Origin: Neocallimastix sp. 'constans'
Lineage: Eukaryota
Length of the DNA: 64,000 nt
Direction: 5' to 3'
Assembly: GCA_050613775.1 (NCBI GenBank)
Contig: JBODTK010000111.1
Span: forward strand, 124,001 to 188,000
Part shown: positions 14,900 through 26,675 of the stretch, one piece after another
Layout of the letters: every line of letters begins with the position of its first letter
Numbering within the stretch: position 1 is the stretch's first letter
The notes under the pieces: model-generated
Databases searched by the model: none
What the model saw: the letters and a program-made list of their open reading frames with translations, nothing else
Told to the model about the DNA's origin: nothing
Program-made: the position numbers and the translations under genes

Positions 14900-15350
14900 G
14901 GATAGAAATTATTCATTTTATTTATCACTTACCCCACAATCAGCAATAGAAATAGTAATAATATGAGAAAGATGATACTCATAAATTCATAAATTATGCG
15001 ATATGTGATGGACGTCTTAACATAAATTTTAAATAAAATTTACTACCATAGTTTTAAAATAGCATTAAGCCAAAATAGTTTGATTTTCACCGCTGATAAT
15101 TCCTAGTAATATTCCTTTATCTACTAACAATTCACTCCATTATCATATAAAGTTAAGTGTTCTAGGAAGTAACAAAGATAATAGGTGAGTATATAGATCT
15201 AGGATAGATGGTCTCATATTGATTGTTAAAAACTAGAATTTTTTTTGATAAATACCTATATTATTTTCTTTTGAATAGATGGATCATCCGTTAAATCCGA
15301 TGAACAAATCTCATCGTACATTTTGATTCCTAAAAGAACATCCTTATTCT

Positions 15351-15381
<31 letters not shown>

Positions 15382-17020
15382 CTGTTTTATTGTTACTATT
15401 TCTTTCGATATTTGAATTATTTTTATACTTTTCTTATGAAGTGTAAACAAAGTAGAAATTATTTCCTTTTACAGTAAATAGATTTTACATCATTTGATTT
15501 TTTTATTTTTTTTACATAGAGGGCAGAGCATTATTTCTTTGAATAAAATATTTACAAACAAAGGATGTACAATTATACGATGAAGTTGTATTTTTCCGAA
15601 ATGTCCAGGATATTCAATAATTAATGATTATGGCTGTGACATAGTCATTAGTAAAGTCTAACTTTGATAGTATTGTTAAATTATTTACTATTTGGAAGTA
15701 CCGTGCGAATCTCTCACTTATGATCATTTTTTTTGACATTGTTGCTAATATTCAAGGTCAAACGTGATTTATTCGTATATTCTTATTTGAATTCATAATT
15801 CCAATACATTTACCTATATTTAATGAGGAGAAAATAGATTTGTTAGTTTTAATAATGTACTTGATAATTTAAGATGATTTAAATGTGTCGCTCATGATAA
15901 TTGTTCCCTTGATCGATATTTGTGACATTGAGAGACCAACCAGATTTTAATGATTTAAGGAAACCATTTTGTGATTTAGTAATTTCTCACTTAGCTATGT
16001 CGGAATTGACACAGTTTCCGATAAAAAGGTCTGTAGGTTAAGAGTACTTGCCTGACAACAAACATTTCTTTTAATTTTTATCAGATGTTCTTTCTACGTT
16101 CATAAAATTAATAGTGTGCACGTTAGTCTCTCTTGAATTATTAAATCTCTGATTAGAATCATTCTTTGCAATATCGCATATTAATATTTCACTTACAATA
16201 ACCCATTGACTCATTTTCCTTCTTTTTCAAATTTATAATTATCTTAAAAACGAGTATTAACCTGTATTTTTTGGATAACATTCATTTTCATAACCATGGA
16301 AGTTTGCACAGCTTCCTATTTTTGGCATTTTTCTATTAATTGTTACATATTTCATACCCCCTTCTTTTGCATCATATTCATATAGCGTATGTGATAGCAA
16401 AACAATTTGAATTCTCACTTCACCTAGAGTAGGTGGTCATTAACACAATCTTCATCATTCTCATTATTTTCAACGGAATAAAAAAAAGTCTTTAACTTGT
16501 GTTCTTGTTTTATTTTAGGAGTGAGTGACCACATTTGTATTTTTAAATGTAAGATCTAAAAGTTTTTCAATAATATTCATACTTTGTGAAACATTACCCT
16601 CTAAACAATACAAAGATGAACATTCATTGGCAGTCTTACAAGTATCACTATATGAGTTGCCGAAATGTATGTAGGAATTGAGTGTCATGTAAATATTCCA
16701 TAAGTTGTATAAATATCTTCAAAATGTACTCTAGGTGTATCATCATTAAAAACACAATAACTGTTGATGCATTTATCAGATAAACATTAGGAGTTACATT
16801 CTAAAAAATAATATTTTCCACCTGTATTATCTTTACTAGCATTTCTATTCTGTTTAATCTCATCATATTTGAAAATATATACAATATAGTGTCTTATTTT
16901 TCCATTAATGTCTGTAGTATTAATAAATCTATAGGCATATTGATGATCTACTGTCACACAAGTATTACTTTTACTATTAAAACTTTGATAATACTTGTTT
17001 TTAATTTTTAACAATAAAAC
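14900..17020 (-). pseudogene. Degenerate coding-like remnant, possibly a DNA transposon
   Basis: About 2 kb of higher-complexity sequence with only short minus-strand ORFs (16787-17014, 15256-15450) and no diagnostic motif. Confidence 0.3.
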
Positions 17021-17431
17021 AATAAAAAATTATATAATTTTAATTTAATATTAATTATCCATTGTTTCAATGATTATTATGCATATTAAATATGTTAATT
17101 ATATTTCAATATATATAGCTATATATAAACAAATAATTGATATTTAACAAATATATTGATCAATATATAACAACTTGAAAATACAAATGGAAACTCTCTA
17201 ATTAATATGAAATCTAATTAGAGTTAGGAAGCAATTTATTTAGTAATTGGTAGTGTAGAATAAAAATATAAAAATATTTAGATAATACAAATCACATGTA
17301 TTTTTGCTATTAAAACATAAAAATATATAATTAAACTGGTGATGTAGAATAAATTTATTTAGATAGAATAAATCACATGAACTTATACTAATACAGCATA
17401 AAAATATGTAAGTAAATTTATTTAATTACAC

Positions 17432-17512
17432 TTATAAATATTTGGATTATATAAATTGTTATTTATGTTTATTATTGATATAAATAACAATTTATAATCC
17501 AAATATTTATAA
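17432..17512. repeat. Hairpin with a stem of about 33 bp and a loop of about 13 nt
   Basis: TTATAAATATTTGGATTA(TA)TAAATTGTTATTTAT pairs with ATAAATAACAATTTATAATCCAAATATTTATAA, leaving one 2-nt bulge. Confidence 0.85.
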
Positions 17513-17685
17513 CTTTTTTTTTTTTTTATTTATATTGCATTATTTAAATAATAAAATAATTAATATAATGCTATTATTATAAAGTAAAAATGTAAATGAA
17601 TGTTACATGTTAACACATAATTCTTAATATTATATGTCTAAGTAAAAATAGTACAAAAAAAAAAAAAAGAGATAATTATTCATTA

Positions 17686-17724
<39 letters not shown>

Positions 17725-19483
17725 ATACATTTTAATTTTTAATTTTTATAATAAAAACAAATAGCTGTAACTAATTCTTCTTGAAAATATAAAGGTTAAA
17801 ATATTCTTTCTTCATAAAGAATCCTTAATAATATCTTTATTTTTAATAATCAAATTTTATTTGAAATTATTTATTTATTATAACAATTTTTAAAAATGAA
17901 ATAAAGTAACGAATAATAATATATTATCAATAAAAAAGTTGTTACTTTTTTATTATCATAATTGAATAATTTTTTAAAATATTACCATTATTTTTAATAT
18001 TACTATTAATCATAATAACTTATTGCATTTTTATCTTATTCCTATAGAATATATTTCTTTAAAATAATAAATAAATAAATAAATAAATATTAACCTTTTT
18101 TATAAATATAATTTAGAGAAAATGTATATTGATTATCAGTAAATGTATTTTTTTTGTATTAACAAACCATAAGTATTAAAAAAATAAATAAATAAACAAA
18201 TAAATAATTTATATAAATATAATATTTTTATTTTGAATATTAATTTATTAGTTCTATTAAATTAATATAAGATAATTTCCATTTAATATGATATAAATAT
18301 AAAAATGTAGAATAGAAAATTAATTATAAAAAAAAAAATAAACTTATTTGGTATAAATTTGTTTCTATAGTATCAAATTATAGATTCATAGTTAACAAAA
18401 ATTAAAAATGAATGAAATATAATATAAAATATATATATAATATATTATATATTAAAATATTTGAAATAATATATATATATAAGTAGTATATATATTATAT
18501 GTAATTCAATAGAAAAAATTTTTTATTTATATTATATTACATAAATTATATATTTTTTTACACTATAATATATTGAAAAATAATGATAATATATTTTGTA
18601 GTAAAATATGAAAATAAAATTAGTGTATCACCTTATTTTTACTTCATTAAAGAGTTTTGTATTGTATTGTATTGTATTTTATTACACTTTAATGAATATG
18701 TTACAGTTATAAAATTAATACAGTATTTAATAAATTAAATGTTGATATTACCTAAGCCATAAAAAAAATTATTGATGATTGAAAGTGGACTATGAAAAAA
18801 AAAAAAAAAAGGGATTTAAATCTAATAAAAATTAATAGAATTAGTTGCTGTCACATCATTGAAGAAGCTTCGTTCTATATAAAACAAAAAAAAAATAATC
18901 ATTTTAATAATATATTCATTATTTAAAAATAACTTTATTAAAATATTCTCTAGAATTAATAATAATTTTTTTTTGAAAATTTTTATTTATTCTTTCTATT
19001 ATTTTTTTTTATAATTATCATAAAATAGTGTTTATAATAAAAATAATGGTAATAATAATAAAATAATAGTAATAAAATAATAGTAATAAAATAATAGTAA
19101 TAATAATTGTAATAATTAATAATAATAATAGTCAAATCTCATTATTGTTTTATCTTGCAATTTTATTTTATTTTATTTTGATTTTTTAATAATTATTTCT
19201 TTAATATAGCTTTTGGCTTTTTTTTTTTTTTTTTTTTTTTTTTGTATAAAATAAATATACTATTTATTATATATTTATTTTAATAATTGATTCAGTAAAT
19301 ATTCAAAATTTTCCATTTAATAATAAATATAAATTTATATAAAATGTCTCCAACGAATTGTTACTTAAATAAATAATGTAGATTATTTAATGTAATGTAT
19401 AATAGTAATCTATAATAAAAAATAAAAATATAAACATGAAAAAAAATCTAGTTAAACTATATACATTTATATTTCTTTTATAT

Positions 19484-19894
19484 TAAAAACATTAATATTA
19501 TTTAAATAAAAAGAAATTATTTTTAAAAAACATTAATATTATTTAAATAAAAAGAAATTATTTTTAAAAAACATTAATATTATTTAAATAAAAAGAAATT
19601 ATTTTTAAAAAACATTAATATTATTTAAATAAAAAGAAATTATTTTTAAAAAACATTAATATTATTTAAATAAAAAGAAATTATTTTTAAAAAACATTAA
19701 TATTATTTAAATAAAAAGAAATTATTTTTAAAAAACATTAATATTATTTAAATAAAAAGAAATTATTTTTAAAAAACATTAATATTATTTAAATAAAAAG
19801 AAATTATTTTTAAAAACATTAATATTATTTAAATAAAAAGAAATTATTTTTAAAAAACATTAATATTATTTAAATAAAAAGAAATTATTTTTAA
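19484..19894. repeat. Minisatellite, 10 copies of a 41-bp unit
   Basis: Unit CATTAATATTATTTAAATAAAAAGAAATTATTTTTAAAAAA. Its C falls at 19490, 19531, 19572, 19613, 19654, 19695, 19736, 19777, 19817 and 19858 (one unit is 40 bp). Confidence 0.97.
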
Positions 19895-20629
19895 TAAATA
19901 ATATTTCTTCTTCTAATAAAAATTAACATCAATATAAGAAATACTAATTAATGTATATAAGGTTTAAATAAAAAGTTTTATATCTATAAAATTAACACAT
20001 TATATAGGAATAGAAAAATAGAAATAAATATACATTTTTTAAAAAAAAAAAAACGTTTTTTAACCAAAGGCTATTAATCAAATTGTAATAATAATAATGA
20101 ATTATTATAGATTATAAAATAAAGTTTTCTATTATCCAAATAATTCAATATATCTGTTAATCATATATTATACAGATACATATATTTTTATTAAAACTAT
20201 TTATTATTTAGTTATTAATAATATATAAAATTATATTATTTTTAATTAAATAAATTAAAATAATATTAAATAACAAATAATATATCAGTTTTATAATCAT
20301 TTATAATCATCGAGTTGAAATTTTTTATTTGAAAAACTTTAATAAATATAAATATTTAATATAATATTAAAAATAAACTACTAAATATATTTTGTATATA
20401 TTACAATCAACAAATAAAACAAAAGAATAACTATATATATCAAATTTATTATATTATTTTAATGGATTAATAATGTAATATTTTTAGGCTATATAATAAA
20501 ATATAATATAAATATAATATAATATAAAAATATATATATATAATATGAATATAATATAATATAAATTAATAATAAAATATTGTTTAATATTAAAATTTAT
20601 AAAAAATAGGATTTGATTTATATTGTTAA

Positions 20630-20676
<47 letters not shown>

Positions 20677-22263
20677 ATTAAAAAATAAATAAATTAAAAA
20701 ATAAATACATAAATAAATAAATAAATAAATAAATTAAAAAATAAATAAATTGAGGTATAAATAATTATTATATAATTATTTAACTATAATAGTAAATGTT
20801 TTTTATGTATTATTTTTTAATATAATTAATGAATAAAAATTAACAAAATCAAAAAAAAAATTTTTTTTAGTAGAATAGAAAGATTATTAAATTTGATTAT
20901 TAAATTTAATCTAATCTTAAGAGGAGATTAATAATAAAAATAAACATTAAGAAATATAAAAAAGTCAAACGAAATTAGTTGACTTATATTATAAAGTAAA
21001 AATAAAATTAGAAATAAAAACCAAAGTAGAATCAAATATAATATAATTAATTGATTTTGCAAACATTGAATAAATCTATTTTATTAAAAGAAGAAAATAG
21101 AAGATAAAAATAATAAAAATAAGCAAGCAAGCAAACAAAAAACAAAACGAAAAAACAAAAATAAAAACAAATATATATATATACATAAAGAAATTAATGA
21201 AAATAAAATAAGTAAGAATATATAAAAATATATTTTTTTCATACAATCAAGGAAAGTATATTATTAAAGTAATTTAGGAAAAGATTTATTATATAGCAAT
21301 ATATAGTATTATAAAAGCAATAGAATAAAAAAAAAAAAAAAAAAAAAAAAACTTAAAAAATAAGTGGAATAAAATAATATTATAACATGTATAGAGTTTA
21401 GTAATGCAAATATTTAATCTTTATAATCGATGTAAATTGTTTATTCAACAAACTAAACAAAGTTAATTTATTTATAATATATTTATTAATAGATAAATTA
21501 TTGTAGAATAAATAATAAATAATTAGATCTTAAATGAATTAATTTATAATAAAATTTACATAATATAATTTAACTTATTTTTTAATAGTTGTATATATAT
21601 GCTATTAATAACAAAAGAAAAAAAAAACAAGAAAGTTATTTTAAAATAAATACTTGTTAAATAAAACATAAAAAATTACATTTTACATATATGATATAAT
21701 TTTATAATTATTCACACGTTGAAATAATATATTTTTAATATATATATATTTAAAAAAAGTAAAATAATAAAAATTCTCGAAGATACAAGATATTCATTAT
21801 TATTGATATATCGAAAAATAATTTTATTTACTAAATATATGGAAAATATTTTTTTCTATTTTTCGTAAATAAGATTTGAATAATATCTTCAACTAATCGG
21901 AAATCATTATTAAATTTCAAAACTAATTTAATATATTTATTTTTTAATTAAAAAGAAACTCCTCTTTAAAAATAAAATTTTATTTCATCTTTTACTGAAA
22001 AGAAATATTTATTACAATAAATATTTTTTTTATTCGATTCAAATTATTTAAGTTTCACATAATAAATTTAAAAATATTAAAATAGTATTTTTAACCTTAT
22101 TATTATAATAAATTTATAAATCGACAATTTTATATAAAATATTATTTTATTTAAATTTTAAATAAAAAAAAAGGAAATATTCCTTTTTATTTAATAATTT
22201 AAAAAAATTTTTATAATAGTTTAGAAAATTGAATTTTTTTTGTAAAGGTATTAATTATTCATA

Positions 22264-25200
22264 ATGAAAAACGCTCCAAAGACAACTATTCATGTTACTG
22301 GTATTCCACAAAGTTTGGATAGAGCAGATTTAAAATCTATGTTTTCAAAGTTTGAAGGTTTTGTAAGAATATGCTTTCATTCAGATTATATTTTTGTGAG
22401 TTTTACTGAAGTTGAATATGCAGGAAAAGCTATTGAAATTATTCATAATACAACAGATATGTTAGCTTCTTACGCCAAGTTTGGGGCTACTCCAATAAAT
22501 ACACCATCAATTTCTGTTCAGCCAAATCCAATTTTATATATTCGTTGTTCACATATGAATACAATCTTTCCTCATTTTACAGAACAAGAATTATTAAAAA
22601 TATTTCAATCATATGAAGGTTTTGATAGTGCAAGATTTTTTTCTAGTCATTGTTTAGTACGTTATCGTGATGTCGAATGTGCTAAAAGAGTTTTGGAAGA
22701 TTTAAATGCTACCACCAATTTATTTGCTAATTATTCAACCAAAGGTACAAAAAAGGTTCAAGCTAGTAATACGAATTCATTATTAAGCGGAAGACATTCA
22801 GCTAATGGATCACCAAGTATTACAGCTTCTACAACAGCATCTTCAAATAATACACTTACAATGATTAATAATGCAGCTGCATCTGGAATGTACACTTTAA
22901 CTAATAGTTATAATAGTGATTCTGATGCACAATCTACTGGTCAATCTACAAATTCTAATGGCCCTTATGATGAAATACCAGAAAAGCCAAATATTGATTT
23001 TCAAACAAATAAATTTTTTGAAAGACGTGGTAGCTATTCTTCAAACGCATCCAATAATTCATCATATTACGCTGCTTCAAACCATACAGGTCGTTCAAAT
23101 AGTATGTCTTACAATACGTCTCAACCAAAACGCACTTTACATGTAACAAACTTTAATAAGACAAAAAATCAGCTTAGAAGTATTTTTGCTTCATTTCCAG
23201 GATTTAAAAAAGTAGCATTTTACCAAGATTATTGTTTTGTTATTTTTTCTGATGCAGAGGCCGCCTCTAATGCCTCAGAAGAATTACTCTTTAAAACAAA
23301 ATTGAAAGTAAGCTATGCTAAAGCTGATTATGTTCCTTATGTAGTTTCAGCTTCTGCAATAGGTACACCAAATAATGTTATACGCGCAGCTGATTATCCA
23401 AATTCAACTACTGAAAGTGAACTTGCTGAAATGTTTAATAGTTATCCTGGTTTTGTAGATCTTAAATTTTCTAGAAATTATAGTATTGTTTATTTCCAAG
23501 ATGTTAATACAGCTAAAGTTGCTTTAGAAGATATGAATAAAACAACTAATTTTACTTTAACATATTTAAAAAAATCGAATAATAAATATAATAATATGAA
23601 TAATCTGAATAATTCAGCAACTAATTCCACTAATACAAATAATAAGACTAATGCAAATGTTAATAATAATAATGCTAATAATGTTAATTCACCAAATAAC
23701 AGTATAAATGGTATGGGATTATTAAATTCAAATAATTTCCCAAATAGTACTAATATGACAAATCTTCCAAATATACATAATTTCCAAAATGTACCAAATT
23801 ATCAAAATATTAAGTATGGTTTAAAGAATCCAAAGAATAATATGTCTGTATTCCAAAGAATGCCAGGAATTAATATTAATGGAAAAGTAAGTCCTTCTTC
23901 AACCTCTCCGTCTGCGATATTACCATCAACAGCAACTACTTTACCGTTAAAAGGAAATAAAGATAATAATATATCACTTCCAGTAACCACATCGCAACTT
24001 ATAAATGGTATTGATATTTCTAATTCACCAACATCAAAGATTAATACAATGCTTTTTAATGATGTTACTGGTAATTATAATAATGTAGTAATGAATCAAA
24101 ATAGTTATATTCAAAATAGTACTTCACAACTCATTGGAGCTAATAATACTAATAAAGTGAATGAAAAAAGTGTTCTTTTAACTGGTCGTTATGATGACTT
24201 AATAGGACAAGATCAAAATAGTTTATTCAATTTAACAATTGGTAGTAGTGGAAAATCTAGTCCTATTGGTTCACCAATATCTTCACCATCTTATTCTCCA
24301 ACAATTAGTGCAAATGGCTTTTTAAATAATGGTTCACCTGTTGCTAGTATTAAATCCCTTTCATTAAATCAACCTTCATATATTTCACAAGGAAAAGCTT
24401 CCTATACTACTAATTTTGGGCCTTCTATTTGGTCAACTGCTTCTACTTCTTCAATGAGTGACGTAGGTAGTAGCAATTTACCAGATTATAATCCAAAAAT
24501 ATCTGGAAATAATCTTAGCAATATAATATCATCTTCTCATGCCTTAAATGAGCTAGACTTACAATCTAAAGCTATTACTCCACCTATATCTGCATCTGTT
24601 ATTAATGAAAAAGGTATTGATAAGGATAATGAGATTTTAAGTGGTGGTATTATTGGAAGTAATCGAGGTATTTTAGAAAATGGAAGAACAACTAGAAGTA
24701 AGAGTGAAAGTTTTGCTTTTCAAGGAATTATTAATGATATAAATAATGCCGTCTACTCAACAGATATTAGAAGAAAGAAGAGTACGGCATCATCTATTTA
24801 TGATGAAATAATAGGTAATGATTTAATGGAACCAATGTCGAAACCATTATCTATTTCTAGTAATTCACCAAAGAGTATTAAACCCATAAATAAAAATACA
24901 ATTATAGAAGAAATATCTGAATCTGAAAAAATGGAAGGTAAGGATAGTAATGCTAAAACACCTGAAGAAAAGAAGGATGAAATTAAAAAATCAAATGATT
25001 TTGTTAATTTATTTTATTCTACAATTTCTTCTACTTCTGAAGCAGTAGCACAAAGTGTAGATTCTTCTTCTACTACTGATGCTAAAAAGGTGGAATCTGA
25101 AAGTAATGAAACTTCTATCACTACCAAAAACGATAATTCTGAAAACCTTGAAAATTATGAAAAATCACCTGCATATTTACAATTAGAATTACAATGTAAT

Positions 25201-25461
25201 CAATTTAGAAATGTTGTTGATAATTTAATTGCTAAACTTTTATCATTACAAAAAGAAAATGATATTCTTTTAAGTGATAAAAGCGAACTTTTAGAATTTA
25301 AGAAACAATCACAACAAGAATTAGAAGAATTAAAAATAGAAAATTCATTATTAAAAAATGAATTAAAATTGAAGAATTCATCAGCTTCTAATACAAATAA
25401 TAACAACACTTTAAAAGAAAATATTCAAAAAGAAAATTCATACGTCATTAATAATTTTTAA
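22264..25461 (+). CDS. RNA-binding protein, 1065 aa: four RRM-like domains in two pairs, Asn/Ser-rich disordered regions, C-terminal coiled coil
   Basis: Intronless ORF. TIHVTGIP..MFSKFEGFVRICF..YIFVSF and TLHVTNF..IFASFPGFKKVAF..YCFVIF are each followed by a second RRM. Heptad-like segment LQLELQCNQF...LLKNELKLKN near the end. Confidence 0.88.
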   Translation: MKNAPKTTIHVTGIPQSLDRADLKSMFSKFEGFVRICFHSDYIFVSFTEVEYAGKAIEIIHNTTDMLASYAKFGATPINTPSISVQPNPILYIRCSHMNTIFPHFTEQELLKIFQSYEGFDSARFFSSHCLVRYRDVECAKRVLEDLNATTNLFANYSTKGTKKVQASNTNSLLSGRHSANGSPSITASTTASSNNTLTMINNAAASGMYTLTNSYNSDSDAQSTGQSTNSNGPYDEIPEKPNIDFQTNKFFERRGSYSSNASNNSSYYAASNHTGRSNSMSYNTSQPKRTLHVTNFNKTKNQLRSIFASFPGFKKVAFYQDYCFVIFSDAEAASNASEELLFKTKLKVSYAKADYVPYVVSASAIGTPNNVIRAADYPNSTTESELAEMFNSYPGFVDLKFSRNYSIVYFQDVNTAKVALEDMNKTTNFTLTYLKKSNNKYNNMNNLNNSATNSTNTNNKTNANVNNNNANNVNSPNNSINGMGLLNSNNFPNSTNMTNLPNIHNFQNVPNYQNIKYGLKNPKNNMSVFQRMPGININGKVSPSSTSPSAILPSTATTLPLKGNKDNNISLPVTTSQLINGIDISNSPTSKINTMLFNDVTGNYNNVVMNQNSYIQNSTSQLIGANNTNKVNEKSVLLTGRYDDLIGQDQNSLFNLTIGSSGKSSPIGSPISSPSYSPTISANGFLNNGSPVASIKSLSLNQPSYISQGKASYTTNFGPSIWSTASTSSMSDVGSSNLPDYNPKISGNNLSNIISSSHALNELDLQSKAITPPISASVINEKGIDKDNEILSGGIIGSNRGILENGRTTRSKSESFAFQGIINDINNAVYSTDIRRKKSTASSIYDEIIGNDLMEPMSKPLSISSNSPKSIKPINKNTIIEEISESEKMEGKDSNAKTPEEKKDEIKKSNDFVNLFYSTISSTSEAVAQSVDSSSTTDAKKVESESNETSITTKNDNSENLENYEKSPAYLQLELQCNQFRNVVDNLIAKLLSLQKENDILLSDKSELLEFKKQSQQELEELKIENSLLKNELKLKNSSASNTNNNNTLKENIQKENSYVINNF

Positions 25462-25826
25462 TTAAAATAAAATAAAATAAAATAAATAAATAGTAGTAAT
25501 AATTAATGAAATAAAATTTTATTAACAATAAAAACAGATCTAAAACCTTTTTTTTTTTTTTTAATTTAATATATTCCAAAATAATTATTACAATTAAAAC
25601 AAGAATATAAAATATATAACACAATAAACAAACGATATATCGAATGCAAATAAGTAATAATTTAATTAAAATAATTTAATAATTTAATTTTCTTTAAAAA
25701 AAAAAAAAAAAAAAAATAAAATAAAATAAAATAAAATAAAATAAAATAAAATAAAATAAAATACTGAAAAGAATATCATATATAATTTTTTTTTTTTTTT
25801 TAATCTAAATATGTTTATTAAGTATA

Positions 25827-25931
25827 ATTTAGTTTGTTACATATTTTATTAAAATCAAATATATTTTTAGTTTGTTACATATTTTATTAAAATTAAATAT
25901 ATTTTTAGTTTGTTACATATTTTATTAAAAT
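25827..25931. repeat. Tandem repeat, about 38 bp x 3
   Basis: TTTTAGTTTGTTACATATTTTATTAAAAT occurs three times at 38-bp spacing. Confidence 0.85.
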
Positions 25932-26146
25932 AAAAACTAATTTGATAATAATTTTATTATATTTTTATTTATTATATATATCTTGTAATATCTTTTATAT
26001 TTTTTTAATTATTTTGAATTAGAATTTTTTTTTTTTTGGATTGGATGAATTAAAAATTTGAATTCAAATTTGATGTTAATTCTTATGTTAAAAGTTAATA
26101 TCTGAAGATTACAAATATTCAATTGTTAATAGTTCATTGAATCAAG

Positions 26147-26147
<1 letters not shown>

Positions 26148-26215
<68 letters not shown>
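26148..26215. repeat. (TAT)n microsatellite
   Basis: Directly visible; it produces the spurious poly-Tyr ORF 26137-26319. Confidence 0.95.
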
Positions 26216-26224
26216 GTTATTACT

Positions 26225-26264
<40 letters not shown>

Positions 26265-26506
26265 TTTTATTTTATTTTATTTTATTTTTTATTTAAATGA
26301 ACTAAATAATATTTATTAAATCTTTCAGATTTTCAATGAATAATGTTTAACATTGTTCATATTCAATAAAAAAAAAAAAAGAAAAAAAAAAAAGTTAATA
26401 GCAAAAATTTTTAATCCATTTAACGAATATCTTAAAAGCCTTTTCAACCTTATTGTACATGTATATAAATGTTTTAGATGTTATTAATTTAATAATTTCT
26501 AAATTT

Positions 26507-26538
<32 letters not shown>

Positions 26539-26675
26539 TTTTTTACTTTATATTTAATTAATTAATTTTATTATTATATGTTCGATTAAATATTTTTGAT
26601 TACTATATTTTTTTTTTTTTAACATTTATTTTTTATTTTAAATATTTAAAATTTGAATATATATTCAAATTTTAT

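Noticed and set aside
19484..19894. CRISPR-like regular array
   Set aside because: Units are contiguous and identical with no unique spacers, there are no cas genes, and the context is eukaryotic.
22916..25409. Short ORFs overlapping the RRM gene; likewise 601, 3808, 6468, 38877, 38884, 44833, 49538 and 49767
   Set aside because: Shadow frames of real or decayed coding sequence with no independent motifs.
26137..26319. Poly-Tyr ORF and similar ORFs (11131, 35192, 40594, 49109, 50641, 55954, 61717)
   Set aside because: Translations of TAT, AAT, poly-T and poly-A low-complexity DNA.
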